Positions 15,278 through 30,030 of a stretch of 64,000 nucleotides of DNA are shown here, in pieces (position 1 is the first letter of the stretch; each line of letters starts with the position of its first letter). The stretch comes from Chrysomallon squamiferum. Taxonomy: Eukaryota > Animalia > Mollusca. The notes under the pieces were generated by a model. It saw only the letters and a program-made list of their open reading frames with translations, did not search any database and had not been told where the DNA came from. A program made the translations under genes and the position numbers. The DNA lies in the NCBI GenBank assembly GCA_012295275.1, contig CM022665.1, positions 15,500,001-15,564,000 on the forward strand, read 5' to 3'.

Positions 15278-17289
15278 AATAAATAAATAAATAAATAAAT
15301 TAATTAATTAATAATTCATTACAGTTTTGCGTGCGCGCACACACACACACATACACACACACACAAATACACAAACAATTCTGAATCTGATCGTTATTTT
15401 AATATATACATATATTTGTAAAAACTGCAAAGAAATAATTAATTTTGTGCAGTATCTCCAACAAAAGGTAGAAAACGGTAACAGAAACAATACACGTACC
15501 CAGTCTTTCATACATACAAATATAACCAACAGCTAAAACAAGCTGTTAAACAAAAACAGCAACAGCAATAAAAGACACGTTTTCGAATCACTCCATTAAC
15601 CCCGTTAGCCCTTTAACAAACTACCCTTTATGAACGTACTAACAGTCTTGTAATTGTGTGAAGCAACTGTCGATCAGTTACTGGGAGGCCTGACGGGGCT
15701 AATACAACAGCGATAGCTTTCGTCGGTCTCTGTGATAAATAATCAACGACTTCTCCCTGTACAGAGGGTCTCACCAACCTGTTTAAAAAACATTTCTGTG
15801 GTTACCTGAAGAATGAATGATTACTTAACGACAGACAAGAACACAAACTCACGCACGCGCACGCACACTTACATGCACACATACATATCTGCGAAATCGT
15901 TTTTAAGTAATTAATTAATTTAATAATTTGTCTGTGTGTTGATAAACATATTAATTTGAAATGGGTAAATACGAGTGTTGCTGTTGTTGTTATTATTATT
16001 AATATTATATATATTTTAATAAACTATAATTACTGTAAATCTATGTGACATACTTTTCTTTTGTTTAGTGTTTCTCGGGGCGGCAGATACTGTAGGCTTG
16101 GTTAAGACGGTCACCTTCCTCTAAAATAAATTCTAGAACCGTCCTTTTTGTCGAATTTATGTACTGACTGACGTATTTACTGACTGGTGTATTGATTTAT
16201 ACCTTTTATTATGTTTTATTTATTTATTCTGTAAATGTTTCTTGTTTATTCATTCATTCATTCATTCATTTATTCATTTTATTATTATTATTTTTTTTTT
16301 TCCTTAGGAATACTTTTATTTATTTACTGTAATGTATATCGTGCCACCTACCATAGCATGTAAGTCAGATAGTTAATAACAATTTTATGATCTTACTGAA
16401 CAATGGTACAAAGAGAAAACAAACAAAATAAAACAGAACCGAACCGAACAAAACAAAATAAAAAGAACAAGACAAAACTTCACTTTGATACGTTGCCTTC
16501 GTCCACACCCAAAGACCATTGTTCAACTCAAGGAGAAGATTTATCAAACCTTCATTCATTTATTAGTTTCTTTCATTAGTTTCTTTCTATTAATCATTTA
16601 TTCCTGGAATTTCACCAACACAGTGGGCCAGTGATGGATTTATGAATGATATTAAAAAGAACATTTTATGGCTATTTTTTATTTTATTTATTTTTTATTT
16701 TTTATTTTTATTTTTATTTTTTTTGCGCTTTTAATGCACCTCAGAACATAACGATCTATAGAAATATCTTTATGCTAACATTTCTGTAGCAGTCGACACA
16801 CCCGTCTTTCAGTTTCCAGTTATACCTGTTTGTAACGGTAACAGAAACGTACGCATTAAATAAATATAAAATGTTGACTATTTAAAATGAGAAAATAGAG
16901 GTGGAATTGTGATCGAATTCAACATGTAAATCATGGAATAAAAAGAAAACCTTTTTTTTTTCTTTCTTTCTTTTTAAATATTTCTTTTTTTCTTAATTTT
17001 GTTTTATTTTTTAACAACGTTAATGACAGCAATGCCTGGAATGCAGTAATTATAAAAACATTTCCCCAATGAGAACAAGTTGAAATTTTGAATCTAATCC
17101 TACCACTGTTTCTGTTTACTGTAACGACGGCAGTGCGACCACCCACATCACACGCTGCACAGCCACTGCTTGTGTTACTACATTAAGTGTGATAATAAGT
17201 ATAATAATAAAAAAAAAACACTGACAGATATGGCTGCCTTATCATATTTCTTCTTTTATAGTTTTCTTCCAACACCATCACACCTGAAC

Positions 17290-17710
17290 GACTACCACTA
17301 CGACAACAGTTATGATGATGACTGATGCCGGTACCAGTTAACTAGTACTAAACTATTGCTACCACTACAGTGAATTGTTATTGCTACAGTTACTTATATT
17401 ACTACTGCTGCTGTTACTATCTCTACTACTGGTATCATTATTATTACTTCTACAATTACATCTATCGTTATCATCATCACACCGACTACTACTGCTAGTA
17501 TTAATACTATTATTACTAGTTACATCTATTATCATTATTAGTACTACTATTAAATTACTATAGCTGATACTATTACTACTCCCACAATTACACTACTTTT
17601 ACTAATGCAGCTGCTCTAATATTGTTACTAACAAGAGTTTTAATACTGCCCCACGATTACCACCGTACTTCTGTTCCTAATACTACTTTTACTATTACCT
17701 CCACTGTAAG
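17290..17710. repeat. decayed (ACT)n low-complexity tract (similar tract at ~35450-35800)
   Basis: Dense actact/tactat triplet periodicity with many substitutions. Confidence 0.75.
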
Positions 17711-19013
17711 TAAAAATATTACATTAACAATACAAATTGAATCCCTATGGTTATAACGTTATTCTTACATTAAAACGGTGTATTTGACTGAGTGATGTGT
17801 GTAATGTGTGAAACATGTGTATTTAATACGAATATGCGTTATACAGAAGAGTTTCTATAACTTTTCTTTGTATTTACATACTGTAACTGGCACAGTTCTG
17901 CAACTCACTCTTTTTTTTTTTTTTTTGGTCGGAGAATTTCAGATCTAGAGCAAAACAAACACCATGTCTCTTTTGCCCACGCAGAAGTACCACGTACCAA
18001 AAGAATTTCCTTCTTTTCGTCACCAGGACAGAATTCTCGCATGTCCGTAAAGTATCAAATTAAAATTTCAAATAACCGCGCGAAGTAATATCTGATAAAG
18101 CCTCACGTATGTCGGTGATAAACGTTCAAATTATTGTCGCTCGTACACAATGTATCTTCGGGCCCCCTCGACAGAAATACGAGAGGCGAGCTTCGACGTG
18201 ATGAGATGCCCGGAAACAGGTTGGCGAATGTTACTTTTCTTATTGTGCCGAAAACCCGTAGAAAAAGATTTTTCACACTAGACAACAAAAGAAAGTGTTA
18301 CTATCAAATTTCCCGCTTTGGTAACAATAAAAAAACAACCGATATGATGGAAAAAAAAAAAAAAAAAAAAAGAAAGAAAGAAAAACGAAGATACGAAATA
18401 ACTTCAGCCAAACGCATTATTTGAACTATTTTTATTATTATTATTTATCATGGTGGTCTACACGAGACGTCATGATAAATATTGGTACAAATTTCTGTAC
18501 AAATTTTGGGTACTAGTATCTTATGTCGATCAAATATTTGCGCTGCCATAATAATAATAATATCCGAGATACTGACCCCGAGATGAAAGGAAAATAACCC
18601 TAAAAGAACTAACAAAATTGTTACGGCCGTGAATCTGGGAAAGTACAAAATGTATAAGTTAGCGTTACTGCGATGGTGAAAGTGTTTATACAAACAATTG
18701 GCAAATATCAGCGATCTAGCAAATTAGTTGGTTTCTTTTTTTAGGTAGACAGGAATGGAGATTACCGGTTAGTCACATAGAGATAAGACAAATAACAGAA
18801 AATGTTTTCTGAGTTAAAAGACAAAGAGAAATTTGTTTGGCGTTACTTCAAAGCAGGTTAATGCAGTTTTTGGGGTGAAAGGTTTTTTAACGTAAAGTTT
18901 AGTATCGAAAACATATTAAGTTTTGAAATGGAGTTAATTTGATGCGAATAACCGCAATATTCGTATTTCCCAAATCCAAAAACTGCTGCTACTACTACCA
19001 CTACTTCTACTAC

Positions 19014-19060
<47 letters not shown>

Positions 19061-21937
19061 TGATGATAATGATGACCATAATAATAAAGATTCTAATTCA
19101 GATGAAAGCGATAAGATCATCATCATCATTATTAACGTTGTTATTGTTTTTATTGTTGTTGTTGTTATCATTATTATTATTGCTACTACTACTACAGCTA
19201 CTATTTTATTGTTGTAGTTGTTGCTGCTGTTGCTGTCTGTTTACCTCTGCTATCAAGATTAAGAGAGATAATATTAAACTGACAGCTTATTCTCAAATTC
19301 GTTTTCCTCAAATACATTTTAATTAAAGGTATCTTGAAGGTTTTAAAAACAAAACCTCCACAGACTCCAAATGTTCAGTTATAGATATTTGTAACTCCTT
19401 CGGTTAATATTTACCCTCGTTCTTAATTTTAAATGAAAAAAAACAAACAATCATGGCGAATGCGAGCATTTTGCTTGTTTCTGTTATTAACTTTGTCTCT
19501 GGTATTCGTTAAAATACATTATACCCAAAAAGGTGACAAAGTTAGCATTATTATATACTTATCGTCACCCGGTAAGTGGTATTTTTTTAAAGAGTATATT
19601 TTAATATCTATACATAATTTCAGTGTCGTTTATTACTTAGCAGTCTTGTGGAATTCTGTTACATTACATCGTCACCAGCCGTAAGATAAATAAATAAATA
19701 AATAAATAAAATTAATCTGCAAAAATTTCTTTTGTGTAAAGAAGAATTAAAGAAAAAAAAAATGTTTAATTGTTTTTTAAATAAAAATGTAATTCTGATT
19801 CTTATTTTTGTTCCTTCTTTTTTCTTCTTCCCCCCTTTTTCTTTTTCCCCTTTGTTCTTTAAAACTCTTATTATATAATTCCAAACAAATAATAGCTTAA
19901 GCAAAGAAACCCGTTTACGCATCGCCGTGACTTTTTTTATGGGTTAGCAGCAAAGTATCTATTGTATACACACACATACATACATACATACAGGATATAG
20001 CTTAACAGTCGTACTAAAAAGAAGCTCCAGTCCGCTTCCAGAAGTCAGCAGGAAATTCTTGTTGTTTTTTTTCATTCCAAATATGAAACAGTTTAGATCG
20101 GGATACAACGTAATGGAAACCTGAAACAAGAGCTTCAGCCCTCTTCCAAACTTCAGCAGGAAAGTATTACATTTACATTCCAAATAGCAAGAAGTCAGAT
20201 CTGGCATCAGGTTGCGATCCCGCAGCCAGCTAAAGTCTAATCAGCAGATAATTAAGATTCCAATTACCATGCTGATAATGTCGAATCCATACACAATGAA
20301 TCTGCAAACGTTTCAAAAGACATAATGCAGATCTGTGTAAACATGTAGAAACCACTTGAGCCGGGCGGTTGGCAACTACTAATGCATAATTAGTGACAGA
20401 AACAAGCGGATTGTGTGATAAATATTAGTTAAGGGAGGTATTTATAGTATTTGACTATCGGGCTGTTGCCTGTATCAGTTATAAATCTAGGCGAGTTCAA
20501 ACGTCTCATTAACAAACAATTGCTGATTATTTTCTTCGCTTTTTTATTTTCTCTCTCGCTTTGCATTGCTTATTACGACAGTTCCAATGTAAATTCCAAA
20601 TGTCTAAAAAAAAAAAAAAAAAAAAAAAAAAGATGCCACAGGATAATAAGTTAAAATAAAAAGAGGAAGAAAAGGGGGGGTGGAAGCGAAATGAACTAAC
20701 AAGGGAATTTTGTTTAATGATATGATGAAGATGATGATGATATTTGCAGAGCTAAATCCAATTAAGATGAAGTTTACTCTTGAAGAAAAGAAGTCTAGAC
20801 TGAGATCTGTTTGTCAGATTAAAGAGTCAGTGTTAAAGAAAATACTGTTATCTTTTAAAACCAAGACTTCTCTTTCCTCTTCTAGGACTGTTCTATCCAA
20901 ACTACTGCTACGCTCACACCAATGCAGCTTTACAGCTACTACTTCTGCCAGCATCATTATACAGTTAACGTAACTGGAGTAATTATGTTAGAAAAAGAAG
21001 TGGGCAATTTGGCCTTAAATTCCTGCCCAATAATTTACTTGGGAAAAGTTTTACTTAAAGAGTTAGACCCCAACTGGATGCAAGAATCAACATCAAGACT
21101 GAATTCCACACAGCAGCCTACCTGTCTCAAGGCAACTCGCTTAACCATATTTAGTTATAGGTGAACTGCGAGACATACGATATATGAGTTTTTACATATG
21201 ACAGGACGGCATATGAATGATTCTGAAAATTATCTGACTTTGACTAAAATGATACTTTAAACATATTGAATCTACTATTTCACCAGCCATTACATTTTTT
21301 TTTTTTTTCTTCTGTTGTTACTGTTTGCAAAACAGGTGAGATAAAATAGCAGGCACCTGTCTCATAAAATGAACAAGATTTTTCACCTTCTAACCTGGTT
21401 TCTATAAAACGGCGCATCACTTTAATCTCTAGATCAGTTGCCATTCGCACTGCATAATCTAAAACCCTATAAACTGTACTAATCCCACTAACGACGCAGA
21501 AAACAAAATGATTTATTTACAACGATACAAATCTGTAGTTTTTATTCACAAGCTCCCCCGCCGATTTACCTGCACAGCAAAGGTAAATACAAAATATTCA
21601 CTCTAATTACACATACCATTTGTTTTTCTCAGTTGACAGGGTGGATTACATGTTCTAATTGAGAACTTCGCGAAAGATTAAGGTACCCGATTAAGTCCAG
21701 TAAAAATTAATGATTTTAGTACGTGACTTTTGGATTTAGGATTAATGTTGAGTTAAGTTTAACATTTTGACAGATTAATTTTATCAGTAATTCAATATGA
21801 TGGATGTGGAGATTATTTTTTTGTTTTGTGCATTGCGACGCCTCTTTTCTCTCTGTGTGTCTTAGGTTTGTTTGTTTGTCTGTCTATCTATCTACTTACC
21901 TACTTATTTATCTGTCCATCTGTCTATCTATCCTCCA

Positions 21938-22058
<121 letters not shown>

Positions 22059-23911
22059 AATGACCCAGGGACTAGATAATCCACAGACAGATACACTATT
22101 CCTGGTCTAGACATCTTCAAGCTAATTTATTCTGTAAGATAATTAAAACCACTGAATAACATTTAGAAGAAAACTATTTTACAACTGCACAACCATGCCA
22201 GGAATGAGATGTGATAAATCTGCAGAGTTTCAAGAACGCCTGTCAGATTAATTATATTAACACAGAAAGAAAATCATTACTAATAAATCGTTTTCACAGA
22301 ACTGGTCTGTGCAGAACTGAATCTTAAATAATAAAAGTATAAAACTGGAAATTCAAGTTATACTCTCGACAGATCATAAGACAGTTTGCATCTGTTAATT
22401 CGATGGTTTTCATAACGTCTTAAATAAAATGAAAACTCGAAAGGAAGGTTTTATTATCTTGTTCCTTTTGTTCTCTTCGTATTCTTCTTCTTTCTTTCTT
22501 CGTCTTTTGTCATCACTTTTCACACCCTTTTGTTTCATAAAAACAGTTTAGTAAGATTTAATGAATTACTGTCTGCATGCACATGAGTGTACATAAATAT
22601 TCTGCGTGTCAGACACACATCAAGTAATATTATTTCATTAATGTGAGACAAAGGTAAATCGATTGTTTGAATCATTTCTTTGCTGTATGATTATTAAACA
22701 TAAATTGTTGGTAATACCGAGAAGCGAACGCAGAATCTATCTGTTATAAAACTGATGACACTGAAAAACCAAGGCTGGTTGTTCCTGTCGGATACGTGAT
22801 CAGTGGTAGAAACTCCACACTGATATGAATTCATTATCTTTTTCTGCTGCTTTCATCTCTAAAAGTAAATTTGTCATTTGGCAAAAACGATTGAGAAATA
22901 AAAAAAAATAAAATAAAAAAAACACGAAACAAATTGGAAAAGGGTGCCTGGTGAATTGCAAGAGATTGTTATTGCATTCTTTACAAAACCTGAAGGGTAT
23001 TTTTTTGTTGAATTAGCATAAGTATTTGTAACACGACTAAGCTCTCTCCTTGAAAATTACATTACCATCGTTCTCGTAATGAATAACCATTTGGATTTGC
23101 CAACATTTAACAGCCATTACGTCAAGTATGGACAAGCACAGTCCATTCGACAGCGCACAATAAACATTTGCAACGCTTTCTAGCTTTCCCTTTAAACATC
23201 TATAGGCGACGAGTGAAGAATATATCAATTTACTGATGTTTCTTTATGTAATACGTAAGTATTTTCTTGTTTTGTCCAAAGTGGAAGCACTTCAGACTTG
23301 TTAGCACGGTTGATTTAGTACAAAGATACCATATACATTATCGACATCAATTTTAGCCAAAGTATGCATAAAACTTGGAAAAACACCAATTGCAGGATTT
23401 AATCAGGAGTTGAATTTCCTATCTTTTCCATCTGTTTTATAAGACAGACAAGAAACCACATGAAAATGCTTTTAATATACGATGTGTAATAATCGTCAGT
23501 ATGTTTATCTGTAACATATCCGTTACAACGGACAGAACATTTTGTAAGTTATTTTCAGAATAAATGAATGAATATGTAGCTATCGTAATTGTTTTGAATT
23601 AAAGAATGAAAAGTATTTATCGTCTTTAACAAGAATTAGATATTTAAAGAAAATTCTATTTTAGAACAAACCAACGTATTTTTAATATTAATGGTTATGG
23701 TTTTCAAACATATGATTTTATATAATAATAATAATTTTACATTTTTAAGGTGAATTCAGTAATAACCTTGTCGAATTTTACGCAGCAAATATTTGGAAGA
23801 GCATAAATATTAGTTTTAACAATATCTCAATATATCGTATTTTTTGGATGTTAACAATTGTAAATTTTAGACGTATGAGATTCTTTTATGTGTTATAATA
23901 AGTATTGATCA

Positions 23912-23962
<51 letters not shown>

Positions 23963-25216
23963 ACACATGTATAGGCCTGTGTTTGTGTCTGTGTGTCTGT
24001 GTGTTGTGTGTGCTGCTGTTATCAGTCATAATCAACTGAAACTTTTTACATGCACCTTCTCACAGTAGTTAAGAAAAAAATCTGCCATCGCTTAACAAGA
24101 TAAGCAATTTTTTAGAGCTGCCAGTAGAAGTATCAGTTATCTGTTGATTTTTATAGACCTTTGATCTACCGTTCATAAAACTCTCGTAAAGAGAAAGATG
24201 AAAAAGTATGGCCTTTTTAAAGAAATTTGTGTTTAGTCTTTTAGCCTTTCGGACTGTTCCTAAGTGCTTTTCCATGCTGTAAAAGAAATATAAAAATATT
24301 AATGAATATTTGTTTCACGACACCTCGACAGATTTTAATATTCACGGCTTAAATCATTTTAAAGATTTCGGATATGAAACCAGACGACTGCTTTCATCCA
24401 TTAAACTACAAGAAATATTGAATATGCACTGTTACAGAAAAGCGTGTCATGGTTTTTAATAACGAGCCACGGAGCATTGGTTGGAATGGGACACACACAC
24501 GCACGCATACATACATAATATATATGTGTGTATGTGTATATGTGCTCAAAGATGCCAACACGCGTGCATACATACACAAAAATACGTTTATAAATATATA
24601 CACACACAGATACACTTACGAACGTACTAAGATACACACATACATACATATATACATACACACACACACACACACACACACATTCCACTGATCCCAGAAC
24701 TGCACGGCAGACAGACATCATTATTTATGTAATGGATCATCTTCTAAACACAACTAAAAAGACTCAGTCTCCGAAAGACTTACGCGAGGTTGCGCGGTTT
24801 ATTTCGCAAAACTTGTAGTAATTACATCTGGAACAGTTTCCGACATGCAAGAAAACACGAAACAGGTAATAAACAACATCGCTATGTCAGGTGTCGCAAA
24901 GTGTGTTAATTTATTTCATTGAGAAACAATAACGTCATGGTATGGGTAGAATGAGTCTCTGAGGTCGCCGACGTGGTATAAATAATGCCAGTCGTACTGC
25001 ACCTTAATAGGAGACATATAAGTCAAAAGGGGAAGTATAAATATGATTTGTATTTAGAGTCTGTACGTGAAGCTGGTGCAGTGTTGCTGGCTTTGTCCGC
25101 AAAGAGAAAATGAGAATAAATTATTGTTGTTATTAGTGCTTTTTTAAGAAGGTTATTTATTTGTTTGTTTATTTTGTTTTGTTTATTATATTTTACTATG
25201 TTATCAGTCATCCTGT

Positions 25217-25239
25217 ACACACACACACACACACACACA

Positions 25240-25317
<78 letters not shown>
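25217..25317. repeat. compound (CA)n(CT)n microsatellite
   Basis: Seen directly. Confidence 0.97.
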
Positions 25318-25321
<4 letters not shown>

Positions 25322-25959
25322 CACCATTCCCTCTTCTTACATCATATAAAAAAAAAAAATCATTTTGTCAGCAAATATTAGTTTAACAACGAATATTCTT
25401 TCAGAATTTGTCATATCCATTGCCGGTATCTTGAACCAACAAACCACAATTATTGGTATTTATTTATTTTCTTTTTTAAAGAAAAGAAATACAGACAAAC
25501 AAATTTCGATTATGGATTTTCATTTCTGCTGCTACGTCAATTTGCGGGGAAAGAATATTTACGAGCAGACGATTACCACGCTTGTTACCGCCACTTGTCA
25601 GTGGTATATCTTCAAAGATTTTCAGGATTTCTTTATTACCTATATCAATGTGGGTTTTTACTTTGAAATCCTATAGCTTAATTGGGTGCTTCGTGTACTA
25701 ACCTCGTTTCGAAGGGATCACCCAGTAAGCGGTTTCACACAGTGGTTTTATTTTACCTTTCTCTCCTTCTGAAAAAGCAAATTATTTTATTTTTATTTCT
25801 TATGGGACGAAACGAATTTTTTTTATTTTATTTTATTTTATTTTTTCAATAAATCACTTTTATAAACTGGAAATGTGTATATTTGATTTTTTTTTTCTGT
25901 CAGCTGAATTAATTATGAAATTCCAGCTTTACGACAACGAATGTAGCTATCAGTTTAGT

Positions 25960-26780
25960 CATAGTGTTAAAGTTAAACCATTTCTGCTGCCATGAAAGCA
26001 AGATGGCTGTTATTATGAGTTCAACCAAAACAGATTGTGTTACAGTTAAAGCAATAAACCATCACTACAATTAAAATAACAGAGCAATCGTTACAATCAA
26101 ACTAGAATAGTTCAAGTTCAGTTGATGCTACAGTTAAGCCAGAACAGCTGACTTGACATGTAAACCAATACAGCTGACTTTACAGCTAAACCAATACAGC
26201 TGACTTTACAGTTAAACCAGAACAGCTGACTTTACAGTTAAACCAGTACAGCTGACTTTACTTGTAAACCAATACAGCTGACTTTACAGTTAAACCAGTT
26301 CATCTGCCATTAGAGTTAAACAATACGGCTGACCTTACAGTTAAACCAGTACAGCAGAATTCACAGTGATAACAGTGCAGCTGATTTTACTGTTAAACCA
26401 GTATATATGATACTACAGTTAATCCAGTACAGCTGTTGTTATTTAAGATCAGCTGCATTTAAACCATTACGATTATGATTAAAACATTACAGCTAACGCA
26501 ATCGTTAAACCAATATAAATGCGGCTATAGTTTAATCAGTAGATATGACGTTATAGTTAAACTAATATAAATGACGTTATAGTTAAACCAATATAAATGA
26601 CGCTGTAGTTTAATCAGTATATATGACGCTATGAACCAATGTATATGACGTTACAATTAAACCAATATATACATATAATGTTAAGGTTAAATCAGTTAAA
26701 CAATTACAGTTGACTTTAATGTTTTTGTCCTTTATAATTTACTGTTACTACGTTACATTTAAACCAAACACAGCTGTTTA
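25960..26780. repeat. 26-bp minisatellite (consensus ~TACAGTTAAACCAGTACAGCTGACTT), degenerate at its edges
   Basis: Successive units, e.g. tacagctaaaccaatacagctgactt and tacagttaaaccagaacagctgactt (about 26180-26235). Variant tatagttaaaccaatataaatgacg at about 26500-26670. Confidence 0.9.
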
Positions 26781-29469
26781 AACGAATATAGTAAAAGACA
26801 GAGATATTATCAAGAACTGAAATGTTAACAGATATAACTACGTATTCATATGTTTTTCCAAAACTCGGAATACTGATCGCATTGTTTTCTTTATGATGTC
26901 AAGTACATACAGTTCATCCTTCTTTATTAAATCCATATTACTGACCCCATGCTGGTTAAACGCCAGTTACTCACCTTCGTCTGGGAATTACAGACAGGGA
27001 GGCGGCCACAGAAGCCTGATGATCTGAGTGTCTCTCAGAAGAACAGTGCAGTCGTTGCTGAAGTTGGAGATGGTTCAGTTTGGTTGTAGTTACACAATAC
27101 AAATTATAATAGAGCATCGGGAATAGAGAATCTAATACCAAAGAATCAGAATAATCGTGTCTGAATACGTGATTAAGATTATTAGTGGAAGAACGTTTGT
27201 TATGTTTAACAAGTACATTTCAGATTCTGTGTGTCTGTCTATTTAAATGCGTCTCTGTCTGTCTCTATATCTCTTTTTTCTCTAACATAATTCTGTCTCC
27301 CACTGTTTGTCTGTCTCTGTCTATCAGTGTGTCTGTATATTTCACATTCTGTGTCTTTAACTCTTCCTTCTTTCTCTGTCTCTGGTCCTCTGTTTCTCCG
27401 CAGTTCTCTCTTTCTCTAACTCTCACTCTCTTTCTACCTGCCTCATAGTTGTTTCTGAGTGTGTATATTCATGTTTCTATAAAAGCTATTAAAGAAACTA
27501 TTTTCCCTCTGTTGTTTCAATGTCTTTATTTTTTCTCTCTCACCTTTTTTTCTCTTTCTCTCTCACTCTCTCTTTTTTCTTCTTCAATGTTTTTTGTTTC
27601 TTCTTCTTCTTCTTTTCTCTCCTATATCATCATAGACTTGTATTTTTCACACAAACCTATTTTACGCTGATTTCATTGTTTTGAAACGACTATTTCCTTT
27701 CCTAAGGTCGCCAAGTATAATCTTCAAGTTCCACTGACTTTCATATTTATAAATCGCGCATTAAATGATATCCATACACTGATGCACGTAATACCGCGTA
27801 CCGCCTATGTGCGTTATTAATGAGTATTCTTATGTACAAATCAGGCAAAAATATTACACTTATAAAACCGGTGTAGTGTAAATTTGTTTACTTTAAGTTG
27901 AAGGTAGTACACTTTATACAACAATAATAAAGACATGATAATACAAAGAGAAAAAGAATAAAATTATTTTTATGTTTTGAGCGGTAGGTATCCAGGATTT
28001 CTTTTTTTTTTTTTTTGTTGTTTTTGTTGTTTTCACCCGAAAACCAAATGGTGGTAAAGTTATATAGCGAGACTATGGCTGTAAAGCATTCATCGAAAGT
28101 CTACCGGAAGTTATTTTGTTGGTTTCGTTAAATAATATCATTTCGTACTTTGTTGCATGTCGTAATACAGATTAGTTAGTTAAAATTTTAATTTAATTAA
28201 ATATTATAATTTCGAAAATGAAAATAAGGGTGCTGTGTTTAAAATAATCAAATAAGATAAAATAAATAAATTAAAAAAATAAATAAATAAAATAACAACA
28301 AAATAAATAAAGTAACAGTAAAATAAATAAACATATAAATAAAATAGTAATCAAAAAAAAACCCTCAATCAATCAATAAATGAATAAAATAATAATGATA
28401 ATAATAATAATAAGACAATAAAAAAAAAAAAAAAAAAAAAAAAATAAATAACAAATAAACAAACAAAATCAAGATGTATTTCAAACGGGTCAACGGCCCC
28501 TTGAGTTTAAACTAATGAATATTAATAAATCTGCGCACTGTTCAGCTGCAGGCATTCTGCTTTAATCTTTTTATAACACTGTAACTAAATATGTCCTAAA
28601 AGAAACATTATTTCTGAAAAGTGACTATAAAATTCAGAACCCGTTAGTTCTTTGAAATCTTTATAGAACAAAAATGTAAAGGTAAAATTTCATATAGGTT
28701 GCTGTTATAACGACAGTAATGATGTGATTTCTTTCTTTCTTTCTTTCTTTATTTTCTTACTCCCCATTTCTTAATGAACTTGACTATTAAAAACGAAAAG
28801 CAAGATTAAAATTATATTGTTGGTGTTGGTGGTTGTGGTAGCTTTAGTATCAAGTGAAGTATTTGCAAAAGTAATTATAGTATATAAATTAATAATAATA
28901 ATAATAATACATATGTTTGTAATACTAGCAATAATACGCCTGCTGTGATCTGTTGTGGCGGTTGTAGAAATTAGTTGTTGTTGTTGTTGTTGTTGTTGTT
29001 AACTTCCATCCTGAGACGTATTTATCCAAACAGAATTAATATTCAAAATATTTTTTTCTTTAATTTAAAAATAAACGTAACTCATTTGAATATTTTAATT
29101 TTGAAACAAAATTTTCATGCATGAAAGGATTTAGGAAATATCAACATTGCGGTTGTGTTCCAATAAATCATAAAATGGCTGTTATTCAGTTGACGTAACA
29201 TATACAAGACGAGCACACGCCGGTGTAGTCCCGGCTGTCTTACTGTAACGTTTACAAAGGAATGCATATTCCATTTTGCGAGCTGACGTGTTTATTTGGG
29301 TCCCGTGGTGTAATGTGCGCAATTGATTAACGGTATAACAGTTTGCAAGGTTATAAAACGGCATGCTACTGCGACAAGAGCCGTCTGAGTATGCAGTGAA
29401 TGAAAATACTACAAAGTTATTTTACATACATACTAATATACTCTTTCTTCCTTGGCTCTTTCTTCCTTT

Positions 29470-29470
<1 letters not shown>

Positions 29471-29559
<89 letters not shown>

Positions 29560-29560
29560 T
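29471..29560. repeat. compound (CT)n(GT)n microsatellite
   Basis: Seen directly. Confidence 0.97.
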
Positions 29561-29983
29561 GAGTCTTTCTCTCTCGCCTCTCTCCTTGTTATCTTTCATT
29601 TTATGTACTCTAGGCCATACTGTAATCATAAAGTTAGTCCAGTATTTCTTTCTTCACCTAATAGTGTCGTGTCTGTGGTATATTAGCGCGTGCCAACTTC
29701 GTACAATCTTGATAATGTAATGCTCTGTGTTAAATGGATAAATACTTTTTCAGTACAAGTAGAGGTAAAAACATTAAAAAAAAAAAAATCCTATCTACGT
29801 CTCCATAAAAATTGCGAGTGCGGTGGCTACAGCATGATCTGTTTTACGTAACAGAACTTGTTATTTCTTTCAAGTGAATATTTCGCATATGTGTTGAGCT
29901 GTATAAAAGAGACAATATGGTAAAATGATATGCAGAAAAAAAGCTGATATTTGGGCTTTTTATAAATATTGCTGTTATTGTTG

Positions 29984-30030
<47 letters not shown>

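Noticed and set aside
20710-21164. Two adjacent plus-strand ORFs, a possible retroelement fragment
   Set aside because: No RT, endonuclease or transposase motif is visible.
25960-26780. CRISPR-like array
   Set aside because: Head-to-tail units with no unique spacers, in a eukaryotic intron and with no cas genes.
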